Below, in pieces: positions 38,801 to 48,336 of a stretch of DNA of 64,000 bases (its first letter is position 1; each line of letters starts with the position of its first letter). The notes under the pieces were generated by a model. It worked only from the letters and a program-made list of their open reading frames with translations. It had not been told where the DNA came from and did no database searches. The position numbers and the translations under genes are program-made. Source of the stretch: a virus (lineage: Duplodnaviria > Caudoviricetes); IMG/VR virus record IMGVR_UViG_3300034062_007196, positions 7,447 through 71,446 of that record. The stretch is one strand, 5' to 3'.

Positions 38801-41800
38801 TCAGATAAGGAAGCGAAAGCTTTACTAGAGGTAATTGAGCTTATTAATTGAGATTCACGTTCTAATGTCTTTGATGAATTTTCTACAACTAAAGCTCCAT
38901 CTGAAATAATTTTTTCAATTATTTTTTTAAATTGCTCAACTGGTTTATTAAATTCAGCATTAGCAGTTATAATTTCAATTTTTTTAGCAGTTTCATTAGA
39001 AACTTTTCTTAAACTCTCAACATAATCAGAATTAATAACTTTTTGCAAATCAAGAATACCATTTTCTGTAGAAGCTTGTAATAATTCGCTTATTTTAGCT
39101 TTTGTATCATTTGCAATAGCAACTTCTGGCGCTTTTGGAAGAGAAGCTCTTAAGCTACTAAAAATTAAAGAACTCAATTCTTGTTGAACTTTTGCAAAAT
39201 CTTGATCTGTTTGGCCTCCCTTAAGATTTGTAATTTGAGTTTGTCCGCCAGAATTATAAGCAACAGTTTCGCGCCCCAAATTCATCGGACTTAAGCTGGA
39301 AAACAATTTAGTTATTGTTCCTCCAATTCCAATATCTCCTAAGCTAGTATTTATGCTTTTTAATACAGCTTTATCAATATCACTTAAAGAAGATGAGGCT
39401 TTTGATGCAGAAGATGATAATAATTCTAAAGAAGAATCAAGCTTATCTCCTCTTGTATAAAATAAAGCAGCAATATCATTAAATCCTTTAAGAGCAACTG
39501 TAGCAGCTAACGCAACTCCAGTAAAAGATTTGAATGTTGAAGATATTGTTTCCAATGGATTGCCAACAAAATTACGAAGACTGCCAGCTAATTTACTAGT
39601 ACCTAAACTAGAACTTAATCGTGTAGCAAAAGAAGTATTAGATGGCAACCGACCTCCGCGAGATACTATTGAGGCTCTAGACCCACCACCTGCAACAAAT
39701 TCTTTTTGCCATTTTTGTACTTTATCTTTAGCGTCTTTTATAACTTGACTAAATTTTGATATATTATTTGTGGCTATTGTAATATTTTTTGTTTCAGTTT
39801 TTGCGCTTAATTGTTGTACAGCTTGAAACGCAAATAAAGCAGTAGTTAAAGTCTGCAAAGCATCATTCACTTTTTGTGCTGCGCTTCCAGCCTGAATAAA
39901 ACCACCTTCAAAAAAGGACAGAGCGCCTTGTAAAACAAAGAACTTACCAGCTAAATCGCCAAAACCTTTACTGGCTTTAACTTGATCTGTATCACTAACT
40001 ACTGGTGCAAAATTAGGCACAAATCCATTAGCAGCACCATAGGTCTTTGGATTCACGCCTTCTCTGCGTGCGCGAGAGACGCCTTGAAAACCACCAGCAG
40101 GCTCATCCCTGCGATTAGCCACCATTAACCCCATTGGGTTAGCAGCAGACTTGAGCGCAGGACTTTGATCAACATAAATTTGTGAAGCTGAAATTCCTGC
40201 GCTTCTCTCGCGAGAGATGGCAGCTTGAAGAGCATCGCTAGCAAAATTAGGAATATAACCAGAAGAACTTCTTCCAGTTGCTTTGTTCATTAATGCATTA
40301 ATTTGTGTTCTATCTCTTATTGGATCTAGTCCTAAATCTTGAGCAATTGATTTGTACATCTCTTTTGCTTCAATTGACTTCTTGCTTGATAAATTATTAT
40401 AGCTAAGCCATCTACCTTTAAGGTCTGTACTTATTTCAGTTTTTGGTTTGTCAATATATTTTCCAGATTCCAATCTATAAATCTTAGATGCAAAACTTTG
40501 TCTTGTGGCATCATTATCAGCATATTTAGCTTCAACAAAATTAATATTTTCATCAATTCCGAAAAATTTATTAAATTGTGATTTAGCTACACCTTTAAAA
40601 TCAAAAGGAGCATTATCATCGCGGTTTAATTGAGCTTCTATTAAATCAGGGTCTTTAAGAGCAGAAATAATCGCTGATTCAAAAATAGAACCGATTAGAC
40701 TTGGTACAGAACCTTTATTAGCTAATTTAACTTGTGCTACTGGAGATATAGGTTGACCTATAACTGCATTAGCATATTTTTCTATATCTTCTAAAGCTAA
40801 ATTTTTATATTTTTCTTCTAAAAATTTTGTACTAAATTGAGATTTAAATCTATCTATTTGCCCTATACCTTGTAAGTTTTCAGTTTCACCAATACCATAA
40901 ACATTTGCTTTATAATAAACTTTATCTTCATTTCTTGGTTTATAAGAAACTAACTGATTTAGTCTTGGAGAATTAAGATCATTAACAAGCAATGCATATT
41001 TTTGATGAACATCAAGAGGATTATCTTTTGTACCTCCAGAAAAATTTGGGATAAACCCACCAGATGCCGTAATCTTTTTTGCCCCTGCTGGCAAGCCCAT
41101 GGTTTTCACCATATCTTGATTAAAGATAGCGGAACCGCCACCAGCATAATTAGGAACAATATATTCGCTAGTGTTAGCAATCATTGTGCCGCGCTTACCG
41201 CCGCCAAATGCGAAATTAGGAATAGATACAACTTTAGAGCTTGGTGATGCGCCACCTACTCCACGGCGAACGTCTGAGGCTTCTTGCGCAGGTAAATAAC
41301 CACCAGCAGAAAGACGAGTTAATCCTTGAGAACCAGAGCGATAACCTTGAGCAATAACTGGCGCTGCAATACCACCAGCAAGAGTTCTAATATTTTGCAA
41401 TACTTGTTCTTCTTGTTTTAAGATATTTAAGAAAGCAGATGCTTGCGCATTTTGACCTCCTTGAGTATTTAAAATTTGACTTAAAACAGTTTTATTGCGT
41501 ATAAGAGTCTGAACAATAGATTCTTGAACCTGCTGCTGCTCTTTGGCGGATTGACCAATATTAAAGAAAGTTTTTAAGCTTTGAACGCCGAATTTGGCCA
41601 AATCAAAACTTAGTTTTGCAATAATGGCTAAAAATAATCCAATACCAGGGCCGCTCAAAACAGAACCAATACCTTTTACAATTCCTTTTGCAAAGCGTGA
41701 ACCAAGATCGTCGCCTTGGAGAAGGTTAGATGCTCCCTCCAAGAAGGAATTAATGCCATCTAAGATTCCTTTTAAATTATCTCCCAAGCCAATCTCACCC

Positions 41801-42945
41801 AAAAGCGCACCAAGTTGCTTACCAGTAAGTGAAACTTTGTTAATGATTGCGTCGAGAGATTGATTAAGTTTTTGATTAGCAGTGAAAGCTTCATTAGTTG
41901 CACCAGCAGAAACTTGAGTTGCTTTAGCAGTCACGCTATTAGCTTTACCTAAATCGCCAACCAAAGAAATCAACTGGTTAATCTGGAAAGTGCCAGCAAC
42001 ATCTTTAAAAATACCTGCTCTAGTAATTTGACCAAGACCTTCAACATCAGTAGCGAGGTTTTGTAAAATTTGTCTGGCTGGTAAAAGGTTGCCTTCTAAG
42101 TCTTGTACTGCTACGCCTAATTTTTGTAATTGATTAAGGGTGCTAGTATCTTGTAAACGAGTAAAAATTGTTTTAAGGGCGTTACCAATAACAGCACCAC
42201 CGCGAGAAGTTTCTTGCTGGAGTGTGGTAATAATACCAGCAAGCTCATCAAATGTAACACCAGCATTTTGAGCGACAGCCGCGCTTCGATTGAAACCTTC
42301 AATAAGATCGGCAGATGATACGGCGAAAGCTTGGTCAACTGCTGCAAGTTTATTAAGAATTTGAGTAGTGGAAAGACCAGCTTTAGCGAAAGCATTAACG
42401 GAAGCTGTAAGACCATCAACAGATTTAGAAGCGTCTAAGCCAGTCAAGCGAGTAAGAATAAGAGCATCTTGAGTTCTTTGAAGAGTATCTTCAAGTTGCA
42501 AACCTTGACGAGAAAACTCTAGAGCAGCCTTGGAAACTTCCTCAAAGCTTTGACCAGTCGCCTTGGCAATACTAAATAAACCTTGGCTTAGTTGTTTACT
42601 TTTGCCAGCGAATTGCTCACCAACAACAGAAATAGCTGTAATTGCTTTTTCCACTTCAATAGTAGAATTGACAAGACTTTTAAAAGCATTAGAAAGAGTA
42701 TTAACAATACCAACAGAAGCTCCGAACGCTAAAACACGGGCGTTAGCAGCATCAAGAGACTTTGAGAACTCATCTGCTTGACCAGTTAAACGACCCAAGG
42801 GCTGAGACAAAGCACTAAGAGAACGAGCAGCATTACCGCCACCCATATTAATCTTCAAGTTTTGAGTAGCTTGTTGAATCTCTCTCTGCATTTGAGATAG
42901 ATTCTGAATTTGTACATTTGCTTGGAGATTAATTGGTGCGGCCAT
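35845..42945 (-). CDS. Tape measure protein with embedded domains
   Basis: 2366 aa; TP901-type core (EVSKAALEFSRQG, IGNALKTIFTRL); two DDVPAML-GGE motifs. Confidence 0.92.
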   Translation of the reverse strand: MAAPINLQANVQIQNLSQMQREIQQATQNLKINMGGGNAARSLSALSQPLGRLTGQADEFSKSLDAANARVLAFGASVGIVNTLSNAFKSLVNSTIEVEKAITAISVVGEQFAGKSKQLSQGLFSIAKATGQSFEEVSKAALEFSRQGLQLEDTLQRTQDALILTRLTGLDASKSVDGLTASVNAFAKAGLSTTQILNKLAAVDQAFAVSSADLIEGFNRSAAVAQNAGVTFDELAGIITTLQQETSRGGAVIGNALKTIFTRLQDTSTLNQLQKLGVAVQDLEGNLLPARQILQNLATDVEGLGQITRAGIFKDVAGTFQINQLISLVGDLGKANSVTAKATQVSAGATNEAFTANQKLNQSLDAIINKVSLTGKQLGALLGEIGLGDNLKGILDGINSFLEGASNLLQGDDLGSRFAKGIVKGIGSVLSGPGIGLFLAIIAKLSFDLAKFGVQSLKTFFNIGQSAKEQQQVQESIVQTLIRNKTVLSQILNTQGGQNAQASAFLNILKQEEQVLQNIRTLAGGIAAPVIAQGYRSGSQGLTRLSAGGYLPAQEASDVRRGVGGASPSSKVVSIPNFAFGGGKRGTMIANTSEYIVPNYAGGGSAIFNQDMVKTMGLPAGAKKITASGGFIPNFSGGTKDNPLDVHQKYALLVNDLNSPRLNQLVSYKPRNEDKVYYKANVYGIGETENLQGIGQIDRFKSQFSTKFLEEKYKNLALEDIEKYANAVIGQPISPVAQVKLANKGSVPSLIGSIFESAIISALKDPDLIEAQLNRDDNAPFDFKGVAKSQFNKFFGIDENINFVEAKYADNDATRQSFASKIYRLESGKYIDKPKTEISTDLKGRWLSYNNLSSKKSIEAKEMYKSIAQDLGLDPIRDRTQINALMNKATGRSSSGYIPNFASDALQAAISRERSAGISASQIYVDQSPALKSAANPMGLMVANRRDEPAGGFQGVSRARREGVNPKTYGAANGFVPNFAPVVSDTDQVKASKGFGDLAGKFFVLQGALSFFEGGFIQAGSAAQKVNDALQTLTTALFAFQAVQQLSAKTETKNITIATNNISKFSQVIKDAKDKVQKWQKEFVAGGGSRASIVSRGGRLPSNTSFATRLSSSLGTSKLAGSLRNFVGNPLETISSTFKSFTGVALAATVALKGFNDIAALFYTRGDKLDSSLELLSSSASKASSSLSDIDKAVLKSINTSLGDIGIGGTITKLFSSLSPMNLGRETVAYNSGGQTQITNLKGGQTDQDFAKVQQELSSLIFSSLRASLPKAPEVAIANDTKAKISELLQASTENGILDLQKVINSDYVESLRKVSNETAKKIEIITANAEFNKPVEQFKKIIEKIISDGALVVENSSKTLERESQLISSITSSKAFASLSDSSKIIFEINSSSTQLKKDIENRISKFASDAQSSLLEFIPELGLNPETAQNLKDSIGGLGKSTTEEEFVKNLQSFNEALEKSGQIADQSKLQALDKKISETTNSFKNLQKQVENEQAILAFNNSEKLLEARAYDTYKNKLASFVNSMVEGEKKLIQLRGEIERIDIQKQGNIDILSAQAKTSRDAISIRREEELKAFNAKNPKEKDAALTEKTLAIKREFFTKENIAGLNRNTDALNALTKLLAADFIAKIDSAISALQNGSNELDNTLMSNVDKIQLPEEMKRQDALKYLTDLRGVYSPSATLPMKSGGNLKTAEGFIDQITGFIQSGQGFADIQSNIEQFQAPQDMRDRLIEVSKDLYESYQKEGAVSSQTLETLKKRFDIELETYDAVNSYSSKLEAQTRALRDSLSDPQTVGEFVFKQREIARNEREQAKGSPDEQRAYRSSFGYGLSQGFDEVEKRTFDFKNELGKEIPQLFSSNLTQGLNDAISGAKSLKDALRDAATSFFQAITQKNIENIANLVTGGVGNVAQSFFASGGQVNGGSGVKDDVPAMLMGGEYVIKKSSVQKYGSKFLDSLNRGSIKGFASGGGVQSGSGGFYAPGEYGTGGIRGKRELLSFATQSFSSGQYDTMGGFGMSGASVSLEAESGRLSQFGRQNNPMFERVQESKQQAFDVYLQQLKQEEQYQEQLKEMEAREKERQKQLVTSIVSAVVSSVVSVAGARAKIGAENQSALNQLSGQPSGLLSSLKGAGKGLFTSFGNSLSGEALTLRAITNPALQNASIIGSGRGVSQAGSALLMSGSNTYSKGIIQTGGNSLIDSDSNVDLSKLNLQDYGSDGSYNPYNPLLPPPNGWTKRASGGLISGGSGMRDDVPAMLSGGEFVLNNRATRKLGVQNLNRLNAGETNTGEGDSSAVTESLISKLDELIQATRESAGDNVVVNVSSNEAQAKTENTNGNEKELQRKIKQAVLDVIAQEKRLGGSLTKGK

Positions 42946-42966
42946 ACCTTATTCCTTAAAACTTTA

Positions 42967-43947
42967 TTACACCTTTTCTCCCATAATTTTCATCATTTGT
43001 TCCATATTTAATTGTCCATTGTTTTCCTTCAGCAAATCTTGGAAAGACATTTTCTTAGCTTCTGGGTCAACAAAATCTAAATCTTCCTGCGTAGCGTCGA
43101 AAACAGCGGTAGCAGAGTTATCCTTCATTTTTGCTGTTAACTTTTCTTTATTGCGACTGCTTTCAGCAAAACTAACAAGAGCATCAGGGTCTTTGCGAAT
43201 AGAGTCAGGAATCTTATCTACATTTTGGAAAATGTTTAAGAACATTCTTCCGTAAGCAAGTAATTTTAATTGATAAATAGAAAACTTGGTAATTGGCATG
43301 GCAAAAAAATCATAAGGCTTTTCGCAGTGAGTTAAGTAGAGACTAAAGGAGTCTTGCAAAACTGCGTGTTGAATATGATCATCATTATACTTGGAAATAA
43401 TCTCATAATAAGAATTCATGAGACGAGCAAGTTCCAAATCGTCTAATTCTGAGAACTCAAAATCAGTAAAAAAAGGATTTGTTAACAACCGATCTTTAAA
43501 TAACAAATTTTGCAAAAACTCTTCATTTGCTCGATTGTTAGCGTATTCAGTAGCAGTTTTGCCAACAAGATTTTTTCTTTCAGTCTTTAGCATGAATAGT
43601 TTAATTTTTTCCTCATCAATATTTTTTTGATGAGCTTGCTTCTGGGAAGGAATAACAATCTTGGCTTTAGTTTTTTCCAAATTGTCAACGTAGGTTTCAA
43701 GTTCCTTAATCTTTAGTTCATCTTCTTGAGTCCAAGTTCCGTCTTTTTTAAGTTGTTCAAGAATTTCTTTTTCATCTTGGATTCCTCTTTTTAAAGCAAT
43801 TGAACGATGCTTTTCAAAAACGTCGTTAAGTAGTTTTTGGTCTTTGAGATTAAAATGACGCAAAAACACGGTTTGACCATAAAAATCAAACCGTGTGTAT
43901 CCTTCGAAAATCTCGTTAATAATTTCTATGTAGAAATTGTCTTTCAA
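42967..43947 (-). CDS. Putative tail assembly chaperone
   Basis: Directly upstream of the TMP; TTG start overlapping the upstream TGA. Confidence 0.5.
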   Translation of the reverse strand: MKDNFYIEIINEIFEGYTRFDFYGQTVFLRHFNLKDQKLLNDVFEKHRSIALKRGIQDEKEILEQLKKDGTWTQEDELKIKELETYVDNLEKTKAKIVIPSQKQAHQKNIDEEKIKLFMLKTERKNLVGKTATEYANNRANEEFLQNLLFKDRLLTNPFFTDFEFSELDDLELARLMNSYYEIISKYNDDHIQHAVLQDSFSLYLTHCEKPYDFFAMPITKFSIYQLKLLAYGRMFLNIFQNVDKIPDSIRKDPDALVSFAESSRNKEKLTAKMKDNSATAVFDATQEDLDFVDPEAKKMSFQDLLKENNGQLNMEQMMKIMGEKV

Positions 43948-44774
43948 GATGCCTTCTTAGTTTTCTTTTTAGGGGAGGATTTTTCAGCTTCAGCTTCAAC
44001 GGCAACTTCAGGAGTTTCCACTGGTTCAGCTTCTTCACTCTTGTCTTCCATAAGAGCTTCGTAATCTTGAGTAGTTGCGCCTTGGTTATAGAACCAGAAT
44101 GCAGCAATTCTAGAAATCTTGCGAGCGATTTCAAAATACTGAATCTCTTCGCTCTCTTCTTTAACATAGTAATCTTCAAGCTTATCTTCAAAATCTTCGC
44201 CCTTGAAATAAGGAGAAGGCTTATCTTCATTTTCGCGCTGAATGAAAGTAAGATTAATGATGTACCAGAGAAGCAAGCGATTTTGAGCCTTCATGTCGGC
44301 GGTATGATCGAAAAGTGATTGATAAGCCATTTCAGTCTTAACAATTTGATCGCGAACCTTTGCCATTTCAAAGATTAATTCTTCAGTCTTTTTTTGACGA
44401 TTAGCTTCGCCTTTATTAACTGTTTCGTTTTCAGTGTATTCGCGCTGAAGTTCCATTAGGCGTTGATACATCTGATAAAGACCTTTAGCTTCAGTTTCAC
44501 TCATAAGACCGCCAGTATCAGAATATTTCTTAACGAGCATTGCCTTGGTTAAAATACCTTTCTTAACACAGCGAGACATTTCTACACTGTATTCCAAATC
44601 AGCTTCTTCGATTTGGCGGCGAGAAGGCTTTTTCAAAATAACTTTAACTGGAGTTTTTACTTTCTCCTTTTTAGTGACTTTGACTTCGTTACCCTCTGTA
44701 TCTTTCGACACAGTTTCTACAGGGATTTCTTTTTCTTCGTAGATTGTAAAGTTGTAAATTTCTTTGAGTTCCAT
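43944..44774 (-). CDS. Putative tail assembly chaperone
   Basis: Position upstream of TMP; helical and charged; VILKKPSRR. Confidence 0.5.
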   Translation of the reverse strand: MELKEIYNFTIYEEKEIPVETVSKDTEGNEVKVTKKEKVKTPVKVILKKPSRRQIEEADLEYSVEMSRCVKKGILTKAMLVKKYSDTGGLMSETEAKGLYQMYQRLMELQREYTENETVNKGEANRQKKTEELIFEMAKVRDQIVKTEMAYQSLFDHTADMKAQNRLLLWYIINLTFIQRENEDKPSPYFKGEDFEDKLEDYYVKEESEEIQYFEIARKISRIAAFWFYNQGATTQDYEALMEDKSEEAEPVETPEVAVEAEAEKSSPKKKTKKAS

Positions 44775-44794
44775 ATTCCTTGGTGGTAATTATA

Positions 44795-45085
44795 TTAATC
44801 TTTAAAAACAAAACTTATAGTAAAATTATCTAATTCCGTATCGTTTGAACGCATAGCTTCATTTCCTAAATCCAATATTCTTTTGCGCAAGTGACTCACT
44901 TTATCTAAGTCAAAATAATTAGCTACATTTAAAATAGGAGAGTATTCTACTGGAAGATTTTCATAAAGCTTTTTATAAGCTACATCGTGTTCTCGCTTTA
45001 AATCTTCAATGATTTTTAGAAACTGCTTAAATAGAAAGGTAGTGCTTTCGCACTGCCTGCGTGATAAAATTTTTTTGGCGTTCAT
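44795..45085 (-). CDS. hypothetical protein
   Basis: 96-aa ORF, first gene of the divergent unit. Confidence 0.6.
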   Translation of the reverse strand: MNAKKILSRRQCESTTFLFKQFLKIIEDLKREHDVAYKKLYENLPVEYSPILNVANYFDLDKVSHLRKRILDLGNEAMRSNDTELDNFTISFVFKD

Positions 45086-45133
45086 ACCTTATACCTTTAT
45101 TATAATAAAAGAAAAAGTGTAAAAATAAATAAT

Positions 45134-45598
45134 ATGGCTGGATTTTTATCAGAAAACCAAAAAAATAACATTAAGTCAATCATTGACCAAATCCACGATA
45201 CCTTTGCGCGTGAAATTACTGTATTTAAAATCGGCCAAAGAACCGTTATAGCTTCTTCACCATCATACAATGCCTTATATCGTCAACAATCTGTCAATAC
45301 TGCAACAGTAGAAGTATCTCAAACTTTTCAAGCTAGAATTAAATATGTAGATATGGGAGAAGAATTTCTTCAAAATTCTCGCTCAGGAGGAGGTCAATCA
45401 GGAGGAGGTCAAGATAAAATTATCCTTCCCACTGGAACGGTTAAAATTAAAGTTAATCTTGAAGGCTTTAATTATGTGAAAGAGGCTAAAAGAGTTGAGC
45501 TTGATGGTCGCCGTTTTGCAATTAAAAGCGATGGCAAACCTCTTGGAATGTTTGGCCCTCAATATTATGAATTTGTTTTAACGCCAATAGATGAATAA
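45134..45598 (+). CDS. Putative head-closure (stopper) protein
   Basis: Beta-rich, IDQIHDTFAREITV...FQARIKY...VELDGRRF; position in the neck cluster. Confidence 0.55.
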   Translation: MAGFLSENQKNNIKSIIDQIHDTFAREITVFKIGQRTVIASSPSYNALYRQQSVNTATVEVSQTFQARIKYVDMGEEFLQNSRSGGGQSGGGQDKIILPTGTVKIKVNLEGFNYVKEAKRVELDGRRFAIKSDGKPLGMFGPQYYEFVLTPIDE

Positions 45599-46221
45599 TG
45601 GCTAAAAAAATTACACAACGAGATCTTCAAAGACAGCTTCAAACTGCTCTGAGACAAGAAATTGTAAAAGTTTATAGTAAAACTTTTATAGAAAGAATCG
45701 AAACTGCTTTTAATAAAATTAAAAGAGAAATGATTGAGGAATTTCGCAATCATCCAGTAACTGTTGAAATAAAGGCTGGACCATACGCAGAAAATACTAG
45801 TGGAACTTTAGATGGCTACGGTAATCTTTTTTCTTTTATTGGTTTCGATGAAGGAGATAATCCAACTGATGTTATTGAAGGACTTTTAAGCTTGTCTAAA
45901 ATAGAATACTCAAGAGAAACTCAAGAAGGGTTTTTAATGAAAATTTACATGCCTTCGAGAGAACAAATTTTTGCAGAAACTCCGTTAAAGTGGGCTACAG
46001 GAAGAAGCTGGGCAGAAGGTATTGAAAGAGGAATCTCTGGATTTGGTAAATATTTAAACACGGAAGCATTAAAAAGTAATTCAGGCACAGGTATCCAAAT
46101 TGAAACTCAAGTTAGAAAAGGCAAGTTTTCAAATACGTCTTATATATCCGCACTACTTAATAAGTATAAAAAGAAATTTGAACAACTTGATAAAGTAATC
46201 GTTATCTCTAAAATATTATGA
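45598..46221 (+). CDS. Putative neck/tail-completion protein
   Basis: Position between stopper and terminator candidates; WAEGIERG. Confidence 0.45.
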   Translation: MAKKITQRDLQRQLQTALRQEIVKVYSKTFIERIETAFNKIKREMIEEFRNHPVTVEIKAGPYAENTSGTLDGYGNLFSFIGFDEGDNPTDVIEGLLSLSKIEYSRETQEGFLMKIYMPSREQIFAETPLKWATGRSWAEGIERGISGFGKYLNTEALKSNSGTGIQIETQVRKGKFSNTSYISALLNKYKKKFEQLDKVIVISKIL

Positions 46222-47090
46222 TCCCCCAATATCAACACCAATTAGCCTCATCTTTCATGCTATGGTTCGACAATTATTTGTTGACCAAGGGGCAAGCATA
46301 CACCAATTCAACTGGTCAATTTTTCTATTACTCTGACGAAAGACTACCAAATACTTATAATGCTTTTGGCAGCCAATATAAACAATGGGTAAGCGACTCC
46401 TCAATTTCTGGAGCAACGATTCCTTCTGGAGTTTATGTTGGAAATAATTTCTATGGTCGAGCTACTGGAGCTAGTAATGATACTGCTCAAAGAATTTTAG
46501 ACTTTGATAATGGCCGCACTTTAATTAGTGGTTTAGCTACTGGATCAATAGTTACAGGGTCTTTTGCAGTTAAAGATTTTAACGTGTATTATTCAAACGA
46601 TACTGAAGAAGATTTGATTGTTGAGAAGAAATTTATTCTGAATCGCCGCATTGGAACCGATGAAGATGTAAGTTATGTCAAACCTTATGACCAAGTAGTT
46701 CCAGCCGTTTACATTTGTAACGCAGCTTTTCAAAACAAGCCGTTTGCTTTTGGCGGAATGAATCAAACAATGACAAATTTGAATGCTGTGGTTATTGCTG
46801 AAAATCCTTATCAATTAGATGGCATCTTGTCTATTTTTGCAGACTCCTTTAACGAGGTGATTGTTGATATTCCATTTAATGATTATCCATATACAGAATA
46901 TGGAGATTTAAAAAGTGGATATTATAACTATCAAGATTTAAAAAATCAATATATTAATAATAATAAATACTTTATCGACAAAGTGACTGTATCAAAAATG
47001 AATGACAAACCTCGCAAGTCACTAGTTAATGATTTGTATGTTGGCTTTATTGATTTCGATGTCTCAATGATGAGATACCCAAGAATTTAG
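46218..47090 (+). CDS. Putative tail terminator protein
   Basis: VPAVYI, C-terminal YVGFIDFDV; precedes the tail tube. Confidence 0.45.
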   Translation: MIPQYQHQLASSFMLWFDNYLLTKGQAYTNSTGQFFYYSDERLPNTYNAFGSQYKQWVSDSSISGATIPSGVYVGNNFYGRATGASNDTAQRILDFDNGRTLISGLATGSIVTGSFAVKDFNVYYSNDTEEDLIVEKKFILNRRIGTDEDVSYVKPYDQVVPAVYICNAAFQNKPFAFGGMNQTMTNLNAVVIAENPYQLDGILSIFADSFNEVIVDIPFNDYPYTEYGDLKSGYYNYQDLKNQYINNNKYFIDKVTVSKMNDKPRKSLVNDLYVGFIDFDVSMMRYPRI

Positions 47091-47136
47091 TTCTCAATTC
47101 ACAAATTTAAATGTAAATAAGTCAAACTTTCTTTTT

Positions 47137-48276
47137 ATGGCAAGAAATCGCGTAATTTATCAATCAGAAGGGCTGTTCTCAAGCAGCGGAATCTATGCTA
47201 CGGGCACAGGCGCACACTTACAACTAAAACGTGTACAGAGTGCAAACTATAGTTTTGAAATCACTCGTCAAGACGTTAACCAATTCGGTCAGCTAGCGCG
47301 TATCGACGCTCTTGTGCTTCAGTCACCCACTGTAAGCCTTGATCTCTCCTACTACCTAGCAGATGGTTTCAATGAAAGAGCTTTGGGTTTCGCCGTTCAA
47401 ACTGGCGCTATCGGAGGCGGCGTTAACTTTGCATCTGGTCAAATGATCAGCTCCGAAGGTCGCAATTTCTACATTGTAACCTCAGCCGAAGGTATTGACC
47501 TTAACTTTGACAACGCTTCTGGCACTACTGCTACCAATGGTTTAAGCGGTAAAGGTGTTATTGGTGTTGGCAATGGTTTCATCACTGACTATACTCTTAA
47601 TGCTGCTGTGGGCGATCTTCCTACCATCTCAGTTTCAGTTGAAGGTCTTGGCTTTAATGCTGCTACTTACTCTTCTGGCGCAGGTGTAACTGGAGTACCA
47701 AGCCCAGCTATTAATCCTGAATCTGGTACATCAGTTGGGCTAAGCGTTCAACTTCCAGTCCCTGGAACTGGTGACGGTGTAACCGCTCTTCGCCCTGGTG
47801 ATATTACTCTCAGCTTCGGCTCATTCACTGGTTCTGGTGGCACTCCTACATCAACAGTTGATGGAAGCAATAACGCAATCAACATTCAGAGCGTTAGCTT
47901 AAGTCTCCCAATGAGCCGTACGCCAATCGAACGTCTTGGAAGCCGCTTCGCCTTCGCCCGTGTAACAGACTTCCCTGTTACTGCAACAATGAGCGTTAAT
48001 GCTCTTGTTAACGAAGTGCAAGCTCGCAACCTAGCAAACATGATTGACGATGGTGCTGAAAGAGATATTACTCTCGCTATTAAAAAGCCTGGCTCTTCCG
48101 AAGAAGCTGTTCGTTATGTGTTCAAAGCTGCTCGTCTTGACAGCGAAAGCTATTCATCTGACATTGGCTCTAACAAGAGTGTGGATATTACCTTCTCAAC
48201 TCAGATTGGTGGTCCTAACGATTCCGTTCACGGTATCTTCATGTCAGGCGCTAATACAGGTGTCCTATACGTTTAA
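47137..48276 (+). CDS. Major tail tube protein
   Basis: G/S/T-rich, highly-expressed codon bias, own terminator; LKRVQSANYSFEITRQDVNQFG. Confidence 0.75.
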   Translation: MARNRVIYQSEGLFSSSGIYATGTGAHLQLKRVQSANYSFEITRQDVNQFGQLARIDALVLQSPTVSLDLSYYLADGFNERALGFAVQTGAIGGGVNFASGQMISSEGRNFYIVTSAEGIDLNFDNASGTTATNGLSGKGVIGVGNGFITDYTLNAAVGDLPTISVSVEGLGFNAATYSSGAGVTGVPSPAINPESGTSVGLSVQLPVPGTGDGVTALRPGDITLSFGSFTGSGGTPTSTVDGSNNAINIQSVSLSLPMSRTPIERLGSRFAFARVTDFPVTATMSVNALVNEVQARNLANMIDDGAERDITLAIKKPGSSEEAVRYVFKAARLDSESYSSDIGSNKSVDITFSTQIGGPNDSVHGIFMSGANTGVLYV

Positions 48277-48285
48277 TAAGTAAAT

Positions 48286-48324
48286 AAAAAAACCCCATCC
48301 TGAAAAGGATGGGGTTCTTTTTTT
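48286..48324. terminator. Bidirectional Rho-independent terminator between convergent genes
   Basis: A run, AACCCCATCCT-GAAA-AGGATGGGGTT, T run. Confidence 0.9.
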
Positions 48325-48336
48325 ATATATTAGTTG

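Noticed and set aside
43940-43990. Programmed -1 frameshift fusing the two tail chaperone ORFs (lambda G/GT type)
   Set aside because: The downstream ORF is in the -1 frame, but that frame has TAA stops (CCC TAA, AAC TAA) just upstream and no slippery heptamer follows them. A TTGA start/stop overlap explains the junction.
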